This document shows, one piece after another, positions 8,340 through 16,825 of a DNA stretch of 20,000 nt. The first letter of the stretch is position 1. The number at the start of each line of letters is the position of its first letter. The translations under genes and the position numbers were made by a program. Origin of the DNA: an uncultured virus (IMG/VR IMGVR_UViG_3300031712_000005) (Duplodnaviria > Heunggongvirae > Uroviricota > Caudoviricetes); the IMG/VR virus record IMGVR_UViG_3300031712_000005; one strand, 5' to 3'. The notes beneath the pieces were generated by a model. It was not told the DNA's origin and did no database searches. It saw only the letters and a list, made by a program, of their open reading frames with translations.

Positions 8340-8390
8340 CTACGAGTAGTATGTTGTGGACTTATAATCAGGTTATTGGGCATCTTTTGT

Positions 8391-9110
8391 ATGCCCAATA
8401 AATTAGATGCAAACAAGACCCCAGTAAGCAAACAAGACCTTCTTCTAGTACTCTGGCAAGCCTGGTACCAGATCTTCGGTGAGGAGCCTAAGCACGAGGC
8501 TGTTTGCGTGCTAGGTGGTCAGTGGGCCCTCGAGACCGGGTGGGGGAAGTCGATGTGGGACTTCAATCTAGGCAACGTGAAGTCCGTTGATGGGGATGGG
8601 CATGACTACCAGTTCTTTGGGTGTGGAGAAGAGCTCACCCTCAGCGTAGCTCAGCATGCGGTTCACGATAGCCCACTCGTGAAGGTGGTTAGAACCTATG
8701 CCGTTGGGAACACTCCGATGGCTTCGGTTTGGATCACTCCTGAGCACCCCTGGTGCCGCTTCCGGGCGTTCAACAGTCTCCTGGAGGGCGCTGTTGATTA
8801 CGTCAAGCTACTGAACAAGAGGTTCCAGAAGTCCTGGCCGGCGGTTATCGCCGGTGACCCCGCTCTGTTTGCGCACTACTTGAAGCAACAGCACTACTAT
8901 ACAGCCGATGAGACTCAGTATACCAACAGCATCAAGTCGACGTTCCATACGATGATGGGGGTACCAGTCAACTTCACTCACCCAGACCTGACAGATGCCC
9001 AGAAGGCTTCAGTACAGAACCTGGTAGCGATGACGATGGTCCAAAGCCTTGATGACATCCTGTCGGCGCCCTCTACGATGCCGACAGACGACGCTTCAGC
9101 GATGGCCTAA
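8391..9110 (+). CDS. Glucosaminidase/FlgJ-like (GH73-type) peptidoglycan hydrolase
   Basis: QWALETGWGK, FNLGNVK, FRAFNSLLEGAVDYVKLL, YYTADETQY match the lysozyme-like GH73 pattern; ATG 8391 preferred to TTG 8376. Confidence 0.7.
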   Translation: MPNKLDANKTPVSKQDLLLVLWQAWYQIFGEEPKHEAVCVLGGQWALETGWGKSMWDFNLGNVKSVDGDGHDYQFFGCGEELTLSVAQHAVHDSPLVKVVRTYAVGNTPMASVWITPEHPWCRFRAFNSLLEGAVDYVKLLNKRFQKSWPAVIAGDPALFAHYLKQQHYYTADETQYTNSIKSTFHTMMGVPVNFTHPDLTDAQKASVQNLVAMTMVQSLDDILSAPSTMPTDDASAMA

Positions 9111-9565
9111 GGCTTCTTGACCTTGGAGTGCTTGGAGTGCTTGGACGGCTTCTCATGAGCCTCCTTGTGCTCCACAGGCTCTACCTCGGCTTGAGCCTCT
9201 TCAGTCACCTCAATGACTGGGGGCGGTTCTTCGGCAGCGGCTTCTTGTTTCAAGTCTTCAAAGAGTTGGTCGGCTAGTTCTTCAGCGCTATTCGCCGCAC
9301 TCATTACGAACTTGCCCTTTGAGACAGCTTCTTTGATGAACCTGTCTCGGTGCTTGACACGAACAGCATCGGGCTCTGAGGCTTCTGGCATGATCTCGGC
9401 CAGGAGGATCAAGCTGTAGAGGTAGTCAATCTTCGACTCACTATTGCCTCTTGTCCGTACATCACTACCAATTCTTTCCTTGATAGTTTGGATGTGACTA
9501 TCCACATTTGCTATGAGCGACCTAGTTCTAGGGGCTACGATCAGACCAACGTTGACTTCTACCAA
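9107..9565 (-). CDS. Hypothetical protein with acidic/basic C-terminus (true start uncertain, possibly GTG at 9505)
   Basis: Long ORF with protein-like composition; ends in SKHSKHSK repeat; its 5' end overlaps the divergent ORF at 9488. Confidence 0.6.
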   Translation of the reverse strand: MVEVNVGLIVAPRTRSLIANVDSHIQTIKERIGSDVRTRGNSESKIDYLYSLILLAEIMPEASEPDAVRVKHRDRFIKEAVSKGKFVMSAANSAEELADQLFEDLKQEAAAEEPPPVIEVTEEAQAEVEPVEHKEAHEKPSKHSKHSKVKKP

Positions 9566-9793
9566 GTAACTGAAGTCAAAGGGAAGATGCTTCTTCTCCG
9601 AGAGATCAGTGGTAAGGCTGTGGACGACAAGGAGGGTGTTGGCGTTGAGTATGTAGTTCCCTCAAAGGGCCACTTCATTGGAGGGGTCGTCAAGGCGATC
9701 CCCAAAGGTCCCGGAATAAAGTTAGAGGGGCATTACGGGACCCTTTGGGAAGGCAAGCCTGTGTATCAGACCGCATGGGGCTACGGACACTAG
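9488..9793 (+). CDS. Phage/plasmid-type 'WGYDQTNVDFYQV' family protein, apparently lacking its normal N-terminus (possible gene fragment)
   Basis: SSRGYDQTNVDFYQVTEVKGK...LREI...VVP...WEGKPVYQTAWGYGH. From recall of this family, Trp normally precedes GYDQ; here the codon is AGG. No good RBS/start codon. Confidence 0.55.
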   Translation: MDVTIHICYERPSSRGYDQTNVDFYQVTEVKGKMLLLREISGKAVDDKEGVGVEYVVPSKGHFIGGVVKAIPKGPGIKLEGHYGTLWEGKPVYQTAWGYGH

Positions 9794-10560
9794 TTCCGTA
9801 CGTACGTCAGCGGTGGCAGGTATGTTAGGTCTACAACGTCGTTCCGCGAGACTAAGAGCTGATTATCAGGGTTTACTGGCGGCAACACGGTTGGGTTCTG
9901 ATCTTCCTCCAACCAACCCATGACATCGGCGTCCTTGAACGTAGGTAGCTTACGTCCCATCCACAGTAGGGCTAAGCCCATACGACGGTGACTAGCTTCC
10001 TCACCTCTATCACAGTGTCCACTAGCATACTGATTCAAGCGGCTCTCGATGGGCAGGGCCGAGCAAGCAGCGAATGAGGACCTAAGTATCGCTAGAGCAG
10101 CGTGGAAGCACAACTGTCTATTGTCAACGAGGTCTTGCCCACTCCATCCCTCAGTTTGATTGTTGGTGATCCGGTACCCGCCTCCGATGTCCACTACAAT
10201 CCGGTTAGGAGTGTTCCCTATTTTATCCTTCTTCCCTAAGTTTACTTGATTCAAGCACCAAGACGCCCCACCATCTCCTTTGGACATCGGGCCTTCCCCA
10301 GTATCTACGTCCAACCTGAAGGCGCTTTCATACGAGATCACCGCATAAAGAACCATAGCGGTTCGTATTCTACCCCTACTACCATGAAATATTGGTTTCT
10401 CTTGGGGGTCCCAAACTACATATGCCGTGTCCTTTGCGATGTCTCCATAACGCGACGTCGCCTCCTCCACGGTTTCCTGTGCCTCTGGGATATATGACTT
10501 CCTACCTGGAGGAGCTACCGAAACCATTAATGATATTAACCACGCAATTACCTGTTCCAA
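9790..10560 (-). CDS. Lysozyme-like/transglycosylase-fold protein with hydrophobic N-terminus
   Basis: VISYESAFRLDV (catalytic Glu-type ES motif), KGDGGASWCLNQV, later YASG; TTG start with AAGGAG RBS; N-terminal VIAWLISLMVSVAPP. Confidence 0.55.
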   Translation of the reverse strand: MEQVIAWLISLMVSVAPPGRKSYIPEAQETVEEATSRYGDIAKDTAYVVWDPQEKPIFHGSRGRIRTAMVLYAVISYESAFRLDVDTGEGPMSKGDGGASWCLNQVNLGKKDKIGNTPNRIVVDIGGGYRITNNQTEGWSGQDLVDNRQLCFHAALAILRSSFAACSALPIESRLNQYASGHCDRGEEASHRRMGLALLWMGRKLPTFKDADVMGWLEEDQNPTVLPPVNPDNQLLVSRNDVVDLTYLPPLTYVRN

Positions 10561-10692
10561 GGCATCTCTCCTTTTTGCAGGTAGCTCTGGCTCAGCGTGC
10601 TGAGCATTTATTGAGCCACTACAATCTAGGGTCTTTCGACTTTGATTACGTACTAGTCTTTTGTGCTACACCTCTCCATACTTGGGTCGGCT

Positions 10693-10720
10693 ACAATAGC
10701 CGCGCCATATAGGCTGTCAA
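10693..10720 (-). promoter_or_regulatory. Sigma70-like promoter for the lysozyme-like gene
   Basis: Minus strand TTGACA-N16-TATTGT; the -10 is overlapped by the palindrome CGGCTA-CAA-TAGCCG (10688-10702). Confidence 0.5.
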
Positions 10721-10974
10721 TCAAAAAGTAATTGGAACGGCTGACCTCTAGGCAGATCTAGTACCGGCCGAGTATGTGGCACTAACCAATAAATTCACTG
10801 AAGATTTGATTTACTCGGTTGTAGTCTGTGACACAATATCAAGGTATACTGCTTAATCAGATTCAATCCTCACGCTGACTTCACAGTTTTGGCTACTATT
10901 GCATTGACTAGTGGTCTGCGGCGGGCATTATCGGTACTAGGTACTTTATCCTACTATGTGGTCAGTAATGACAC

Positions 10975-11748
10975 ATGTACTCACCCATGGTTATTCAGGG
11001 GACGGCAAATACACCAAAAGATGGTTTTGCAAAAGTCCTTATCGATCCGAGTGTTATGGCTAACATGAGTTCTCAATGGAGCGTCAAGCGGGTCCCCCTA
11101 GATTTTTATTGGCCGGTGGGTTACCTATGGCATGGCTACATGAACCCGTGGCCAGGACCCATCGAGTGTGAAGACTGTGGGGGTACCGGACTCAATAGTG
11201 AGTGCCAGAAGCTATTTCGCAACTTTCGACGCTGGGCACCTAGACTAACAGAACAAGAGGTAGAACTCGCAACTCAAGCTGGTGTTAGTAGTGAGGAAAT
11301 AACTCAGATTCTCAACAGAGTTTGGGGTGAGGTTGATACCCAACTGATTCGATCCTATCTGACAGAGATTAGGGCAAAAACCACTGGTATCTGGGGTTTA
11401 TGCACCGTCTGCAAGGGTAAGAAAAGAGTGGTAAACCCAAACCCCGCTGTACAGCAGCTATACACAGATGTAGACTTGTTTGAGGAGTGGAGACCTATCG
11501 AACCCCCTAAGGGTGATGGTTGGCAACTCTGGCAGGTTCGAGCGGATGGGGGTTACCCTCAGTCGGCCGTGTATAAGTCTGATGAGCAGCTAGCTAAGTG
11601 GTGCTCGGTTCACTTCAAGTCTGACTATGCCGGATGGTTGAAATGGATCATACGAGAGGGTTCAAAAGTACCGCAGGATCCACCTGAATTCAGACTAAAA
11701 AGCGAAAACATCACTGTATTCCATCAGCAGCCCGTGAGCAAGGCCTAA
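10975..11748 (+). CDS. Phage-type protein with DnaJ-like CxxCxGxG zinc-finger motifs (start may be ATG 11056 or 11065)
   Basis: KRVPLDFYWP...GYMNP, CEDCGGTG, CTVCKGKK, EPPKGDGWQLW. Confidence 0.7.
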   Translation: MYSPMVIQGTANTPKDGFAKVLIDPSVMANMSSQWSVKRVPLDFYWPVGYLWHGYMNPWPGPIECEDCGGTGLNSECQKLFRNFRRWAPRLTEQEVELATQAGVSSEEITQILNRVWGEVDTQLIRSYLTEIRAKTTGIWGLCTVCKGKKRVVNPNPAVQQLYTDVDLFEEWRPIEPPKGDGWQLWQVRADGGYPQSAVYKSDEQLAKWCSVHFKSDYAGWLKWIIREGSKVPQDPPEFRLKSENITVFHQQPVSKA

Positions 11749-11996
11749 TGCGTTTCACCGAATGGTTGGATCAGCAACGATATCGCAGAGATCTCATAGG
11801 GGAGCTGGCCGAACAACTTCACCATCGGGCTTGGCCGGAGACATCGAATCTGCAGGCGCTCCGAGTTAGACTCTCACTGGAGCATGCTTCGACTTTGGCC
11901 CTTGAGACACTTGAATCTGCTTTCTATGAGTGGCAAATATCCAAGGACCTTCCGATGATGACCCTTTTCGTAATTCGGCAATTGTCGCTAAATTAG
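11748..11996 (+). CDS. YozE-like (SAM-like) small protein
   Basis: MRFTEWLDQQRYRRDLIGELA...WP...AFYEW resembles the YozE family F..WL....R.D.IG.LA pattern; TAATG coupling with the upstream gene. Confidence 0.6.
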   Translation: MRFTEWLDQQRYRRDLIGELAEQLHHRAWPETSNLQALRVRLSLEHASTLALETLESAFYEWQISKDLPMMTLFVIRQLSLN

Positions 11997-12046
11997 AGAC
12001 AAATTACATGACCTAGTCAGCCGGTGGTGTATAGTCCTGGGTACGT

Positions 12047-12490
12047 ATGATGGACCCTTTGAAGATCCACCCAGTATTTTTCGCTACTGAGGCCACCAAC
12101 TTCCAGAAAAAGCTCTATACCAGGAGGCTTCGTGGGGTGTCCACGCACGAGCAAAATGCAGAGAAGGCCGATGCAACCTTGATCATGGCTGTGACTCAGG
12201 TCATCGAAGCAGGTGAGTTCAGAGAGGTACCCATCTTGATCCCTGACACTTGGAAGACCTGGGTTGGCGCTAGAATTGTCGAGATGGCACATACTTGCAC
12301 TAATACTCTGAGGTCTGATCCACGCAAGAAGGTTACTCTGCCTATAGCTCGTAGGTTGTTGGAGTCTATCAAGCCAATGACCCCTAATATTGGGCAATTC
12401 TTAACAACTTCAGAGCCGCCTTGCTGGGTAGCCATCGGGTACATGCGCGAGGACCTACTACCGCCCTGGTTGATAGAGAGGCTGCTGTAG
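12047..12490 (+). CDS. Hypothetical protein
   Basis: 147 aa ORF, first of three tightly coupled + strand genes. Confidence 0.65.
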   Translation: MMDPLKIHPVFFATEATNFQKKLYTRRLRGVSTHEQNAEKADATLIMAVTQVIEAGEFREVPILIPDTWKTWVGARIVEMAHTCTNTLRSDPRKKVTLPIARRLLESIKPMTPNIGQFLTTSEPPCWVAIGYMREDLLPPWLIERLL

Positions 12491-12492
12491 CC

Positions 12493-13077
12493 ATGCCTAA
12501 AAAAGTCAGCCAGTCTACAGATGTTTCTTCAATGGAGGACATCGAGAAGTTCTGGAACGCAGTTCGCGTTCACAGAGTTGAGGTGTCTCCTGAAGCCCCT
12601 GGTCCCGAGTCTGTCATTGACATTGCACTAGAACGTCTGAGGACTGAACTACCAAAGACATTGGAAGGGTACTTAAGGACTGACTTGAGTGACCCAGATG
12701 TGTTTACTAATGCTGTAGTCGATGCTTCGAAGATACTACTCACGTCTCTGTTTGCGGAGCAACAGAAGCAGGATGTGAGTCTAATGGTGCAGTTGTTTTT
12801 GGAGGTTCCTGGTAAGTCACCTGTGGAGATAAAAGAGTTTCTCAGAGCAATCCCGCGCACTCTCGTCAACAAAATCATACTCAGAATGGAAAGGTCAAAA
12901 CATCAGAGTGGTCTACAAATGATGCTGTCCCTTGAAGCCTTGTTCCGCGATGGTCAGCTCAACCAGGATTACGAAGTCACGAAGGATACTAGCAACCGGC
13001 TGCAGATCATTTTCTACCCGAAAGAGACCCGCAGTCCCTTGAGTTTCCGTTTGAGAGACATGTTCATTGGTGGCTAA
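12493..13077 (+). CDS. Hypothetical protein
   Basis: ATG 2 nt after the upstream TAG; helical composition; TAATG coupling to the next gene. Confidence 0.65.
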   Translation: MPKKVSQSTDVSSMEDIEKFWNAVRVHRVEVSPEAPGPESVIDIALERLRTELPKTLEGYLRTDLSDPDVFTNAVVDASKILLTSLFAEQQKQDVSLMVQLFLEVPGKSPVEIKEFLRAIPRTLVNKIILRMERSKHQSGLQMMLSLEALFRDGQLNQDYEVTKDTSNRLQIIFYPKETRSPLSFRLRDMFIGG

Positions 13078-13856
13078 TGGAACTTCAGCTCGAATACTAC
13101 TGGAAGATAGTGCGTCCCCAGCGAGCTAAGCCTATTGGAGGTCACCCTACTTCTTCTCGAGTGCTTTCCAATCTGGTCAGTTGGGTGAACAACTTGAATC
13201 TTGAGCAGATACCATTTCAAGTGCTTCCGATGGACAACGGAAGAGCCTTCAGATCTCTGATTGATTCACCTAGGATGCATGACATTGAGGTGGTTGACCT
13301 TGATGGGTACAGCAACCTGATTGAGCCGATAGTAACCCTCTTGAGCGCCAAGAAGGTTAGCCACAACCTGTCGTTGGACTTCAGCCCACCTTTCCCAATC
13401 GAGTGGGATCTGATCTGGAGCTTGGTTGCATGCCCAGACCTATCAATATCCTCTTCTCTGATGGACTTCTCTGAGAGGTTCACCAACATCTTGTGCTTCC
13501 ATAACCAGCTTATGGAGCTTCGCTTCGATGCCCGTGAACGGGGGGTGATGATCTCCATTGAGGAAGGGATTCAAGCACTCGTGAAGTCGATCAGTAAGAA
13601 GAGAAAGGATCGACTCTATATCTTGTGCTTCATGCTCACTCTCGCGGCTGAGAACCGACTCCTCGAGCCATTCGTCCTGTATCTCAACCTCGGTAGCACC
13701 ACGAGCGGACTCCTTGAGACCATTCAAGCTCTCAAGGCCTGGACGCACTACGACTGTCCATTGCACCTTCTCATTGGATGCCAACCGGGCACTAAGTTAT
13801 CATCGGTGCTTCAGCGCCACCTAGCTGATGGCCTAGAGTGGATGTCACCCGCGTAG
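13077..13856 (+). CDS. Hypothetical protein
   Basis: 259 aa ORF translationally coupled to the previous gene; no recognised motif. Confidence 0.65.
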   Translation: MELQLEYYWKIVRPQRAKPIGGHPTSSRVLSNLVSWVNNLNLEQIPFQVLPMDNGRAFRSLIDSPRMHDIEVVDLDGYSNLIEPIVTLLSAKKVSHNLSLDFSPPFPIEWDLIWSLVACPDLSISSSLMDFSERFTNILCFHNQLMELRFDARERGVMISIEEGIQALVKSISKKRKDRLYILCFMLTLAAENRLLEPFVLYLNLGSTTSGLLETIQALKAWTHYDCPLHLLIGCQPGTKLSSVLQRHLADGLEWMSPA

Positions 13857-14330
13857 CTTACGAGTTATGTAGGACTCTACATTTTTGGGTACTAGCTTCG
13901 AGAAGTCTCCATTGTTCCTGGCGATCTCCTTGACCATTGAAGAGGATATGAACGAGTTGCTTGCTTTGGTGTCCAAGAATACCGTTTCGATGTTTGGATT
14001 GAGCATATAGTTCACGTGAGCCATCGCTAATTCAGCTTCAAAGTCTGAAACTGCACGCAAGCCCCTGACGATTACCTCTGCCCCAACGCTCTTGCAGTAC
14101 TCAACCAGTAACCCACTGAAGATATCGACTTTTATGTTCTCGAGGTCTGCACAGGCCTCCTTGATGAGCATCTGTCTTTCTCCGGCGGTCAATAGCGGAG
14201 ACTTTGCTGAGTTCGTACCAACACCTACAATAAGCCCACCGAATAACTTACTAGATCTTTGGATGATATCCCAGTGGCCAACGGTGACTGGGTCGAAACT
14301 TCCTGCGTATACAGCGATCATGGGGTTCAT
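13845..14330 (-). CDS. coaD: Phosphopantetheine adenylyltransferase
   Basis: IAVYAGSFDPVTVGHWDII, GLLVEY, IVRGLRAVSDFEAELAMAHVN, IETVFL, FISSSMVKEIA; 161 aa is a typical CoaD length. Confidence 0.93.
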   Translation of the reverse strand: MNPMIAVYAGSFDPVTVGHWDIIQRSSKLFGGLIVGVGTNSAKSPLLTAGERQMLIKEACADLENIKVDIFSGLLVEYCKSVGAEVIVRGLRAVSDFEAELAMAHVNYMLNPNIETVFLDTKASNSFISSSMVKEIARNNGDFSKLVPKNVESYITRKLRG

Positions 14331-14383
14331 AGTACCTTATTTGACGGGTGAAGTCTAACTAAAGCTCTTATCGGAACTGGACT

Positions 14384-14947
14384 ATGATGGCCCTCCTCAG
14401 CATACAAGTCCCTCACGAGGTATCCCGAGCTCTAGGGAGAGTCAAGGTTCCTGGTACCCCAGAGGGCCGCGAGACTTACCACATAACTCTTCTCTACCTT
14501 GGGAAGGACGTTCCCATTGACGATGTCTCAAAGGCGCTTGTGGTGGCCTACAGGGTGGCGGAGATTACCCGTCCCATACCGCTTGCTGTCGATGAGGTAT
14601 CGTCCTTCCCGAAAGGTGACGATGGGGTCCCCATCATTTGTCCGGTCAAGAGTCCAGAGCTACATCAGCTCTGGGAGGCGCTCTGTTCGGCGTTCGATAG
14701 CGCCAAGGTCGACTACTCGAAGAAGTTTCCGGTCTATAAGCCTCACGTGACCCTGGCATACGATGTCTCCGACTTTGAGTCGATGGAGATAGGACCCATC
14801 GACTGGGTAGCGTATGAGATGTGCCTATGGAGCGGAAACTCGGGAGACGAGGCAGTATCAATCACGATACCGTTCTCGTTCCCGAGTAAAGAGTCCGTAT
14901 GCAGGAAGCTAGTTCAGGCTCGGCTCAGGTTCCCCGCCTTCCTCTGA
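14384..14947 (+). CDS. 2H phosphoesterase (2'-5' RNA ligase/LigT-like; Acb1-like candidate)
   Basis: Two HxT motifs: YHITLLYLG and YKPHVTLAY, about 85 aa apart. Confidence 0.85.
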   Translation: MMALLSIQVPHEVSRALGRVKVPGTPEGRETYHITLLYLGKDVPIDDVSKALVVAYRVAEITRPIPLAVDEVSSFPKGDDGVPIICPVKSPELHQLWEALCSAFDSAKVDYSKKFPVYKPHVTLAYDVSDFESMEIGPIDWVAYEMCLWSGNSGDEAVSITIPFSFPSKESVCRKLVQARLRFPAFL

Positions 14948-15532
14948 GGTGGGTAGCTTAGGAGTTACTGATTCCAAGTAAACCAGGTGATTTCTAGCAG
15001 CCACTTCATCTTTGATCCAGTACACAGCAGCCCGAGCCCCCTCCTCATGAACCGTATCGAAAATCTGATCCTCGACCATCGTCTTGCACGCGGTACGAAT
15101 TGTTGAATCCGTACTGGTTTTATTCAATAGCTTGTGAAGCTCTGGAACGGAGAGCCTTTGACCTTGATCTTGGCCAAAGATCAACACTTTGAGTATTCCT
15201 GTGGCCGCAATCTTGTATGAACCATGCTCTTTGGCTAAGTATCCGCTTCGGTTCCGAACCTTGGGGGGCTTCTCAGGCAGCTCAACCACTTCAGGTGGTG
15301 GTTCATGACTGACAGCCTGTCGCGGGGTTGCTTTGGATTTTCGTGGGCGAGTAGTTGATGTCTCGACCTTCTTGACCGGGGGTGATACCGGCGCCGGGGG
15401 CGCTTCCATTGGCACCTGTTTCCGGTAGAGTAGAGTATCGGCTATGATTCTGAAGGTTTCACCCAAAATCTGGCGGATAGCCCCACCAAGGGTTTTGGCT
15501 ATGAATCTGATGTCACTTCTTAGGCTGCTCAT
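14909..15532 (-). CDS. Putative winged-helix DNA-binding protein with Pro/Lys-rich linker
   Basis: C-terminal LSVPELHKLL...STIRTACKTMVEDQIF...GARAAVYWI fits a wHTH pattern; ATG 15532 has a GAGG RBS. Confidence 0.5.
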   Translation of the reverse strand: MSSLRSDIRFIAKTLGGAIRQILGETFRIIADTLLYRKQVPMEAPPAPVSPPVKKVETSTTRPRKSKATPRQAVSHEPPPEVVELPEKPPKVRNRSGYLAKEHGSYKIAATGILKVLIFGQDQGQRLSVPELHKLLNKTSTDSTIRTACKTMVEDQIFDTVHEEGARAAVYWIKDEVAARNHLVYLESVTPKLPTSEEGGEPEPSLN

Positions 15533-16487
15533 TGGCTTCCTCGATGTTCTCTTGGATTCTCTCAAACCGGCTCTTGGGTGGGGCTTTTGGTTTTCTCGGG
15601 ACCGGGGCAACGATACTCACGCCTTTCGATCCTCCTCGCCCTGGGTCAACCCCAATTAGCAGAGAAGAGCCAGCATTACCAAGATCCTCAGCCTGTCTTA
15701 TCTGATTCAAGCGTGCTTGTCTACGCTCTTCAGCTGCAACTTCAGCTGAAGACATGATTCCTTGGTCCCGGTTCCTTCCAGTGACAACACTGGTTCGTCC
15801 TTGAATCGCCGGAGTATGAATGGGACGTTCTATTGGCGGTGGCGCGGGAACATTCTCGCTAAGATCGAAGTTAGCCAAGCGTGCTTGCCTTCGTTGCTCA
15901 ACCTCAGTCCCATGCTGACCAATAAACCCTCGATGTGTTCTTTGGTAGGCGTTGATGAGGATGGCGTCTGGAACCCTTCGGTTGTCGATCCCAACTGGCC
16001 CGCTGACATACTCATTCCCTTCCCCAGCCCCATAGGAGGTGCTAATCTCAGGTATGGTTGCGTGCGGGTTGAAGGTTGGGTTGGCGATGTCCCACTCTTG
16101 CTCAGCCGCTCTCATCCGGATGATCCCACCCCCAATAACTGGGAAGACCATCGTGAACTCAAGCGTTCTGACTTCGTAGCTGGCCCCAGCTACGCGATAG
16201 GAGCTTCGACCGATAATGGTGAACCCAGAGGTTGCCCCGCGGCGACCAATTGGATCTACTAGTTCTGAGAACGGAAGGACATACTCGTTGACTGTAACCC
16301 CTTCGAAAATACTCAAAGCACGTGTTGGACGGATCGGTTGAGTAACCCTTCTACTATTAGAGGGATCGGTAAAGTTCACAATAACGTCACCTGCGCATTC
16401 CGCGTAGGCTAGGCAGTAGAGTACCATGTTTTCAGGGAACTCCTGAGCGTTCATGACCAGGCGCGGATTGTCTAATCGAAACAGCAT
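15513..16487 (-). CDS. Hypothetical protein with C-terminal PKSRFERI motif
   Basis: 324 aa ORF; internal repeat-like EQRRQARL / EERRQARL; Pro/Lys-rich tail. Confidence 0.7.
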   Translation of the reverse strand: MLFRLDNPRLVMNAQEFPENMVLYCLAYAECAGDVIVNFTDPSNSRRVTQPIRPTRALSIFEGVTVNEYVLPFSELVDPIGRRGATSGFTIIGRSSYRVAGASYEVRTLEFTMVFPVIGGGIIRMRAAEQEWDIANPTFNPHATIPEISTSYGAGEGNEYVSGPVGIDNRRVPDAILINAYQRTHRGFIGQHGTEVEQRRQARLANFDLSENVPAPPPIERPIHTPAIQGRTSVVTGRNRDQGIMSSAEVAAEERRQARLNQIRQAEDLGNAGSSLLIGVDPGRGGSKGVSIVAPVPRKPKAPPKSRFERIQENIEEANEQPKK

Positions 16488-16552
16488 AGTAGTGATCCCT
16501 AATACCCCAGACGGTTGTACTCGTGACCTTTATTTTTCAGTAGGTACTTTCG

Positions 16553-16825
16553 ATGAAAAGGCTGATTCGCCTATGTAATGCAGTTCAGACTATCTGTCCG
16601 CAAGGTAGTTTGACTCTGACCGGTGTCCCTGAGGACCCCGAGAATAATACTTGGAAGGGTACGATCTCTATAGGGTGCATGATTCTGGTTGAGTCCACGG
16701 GTACCGTAGAAGAGGTGCTCATGGACTTGAACAGTAAACTTGAGAGGATGTCCAAGCGTCTCATGCGTCAATTATCCCCTTCCAGTCCACCGGAGGACGG
16801 CTCGCCCCCAAGCTCCAAGTCCTAG
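16553..16825 (+). CDS. Hypothetical protein
   Basis: 90 aa ORF filling the gap between two minus-strand genes; stop overlaps the convergent stop (CTAG). Confidence 0.6.
   Translation: MKRLIRLCNAVQTICPQGSLTLTGVPEDPENNTWKGTISIGCMILVESTGTVEEVLMDLNSKLERMSKRLMRQLSPSSPPEDGSPPSSKS

Noticed and set aside
9122..9146. CTTGGAGTG tandem repeat as CRISPR or regulatory repeat
   Set aside because: Only about 2.7 copies of a 9-mer without spacers; it encodes SKHSKHSK in the minus-strand ORF.
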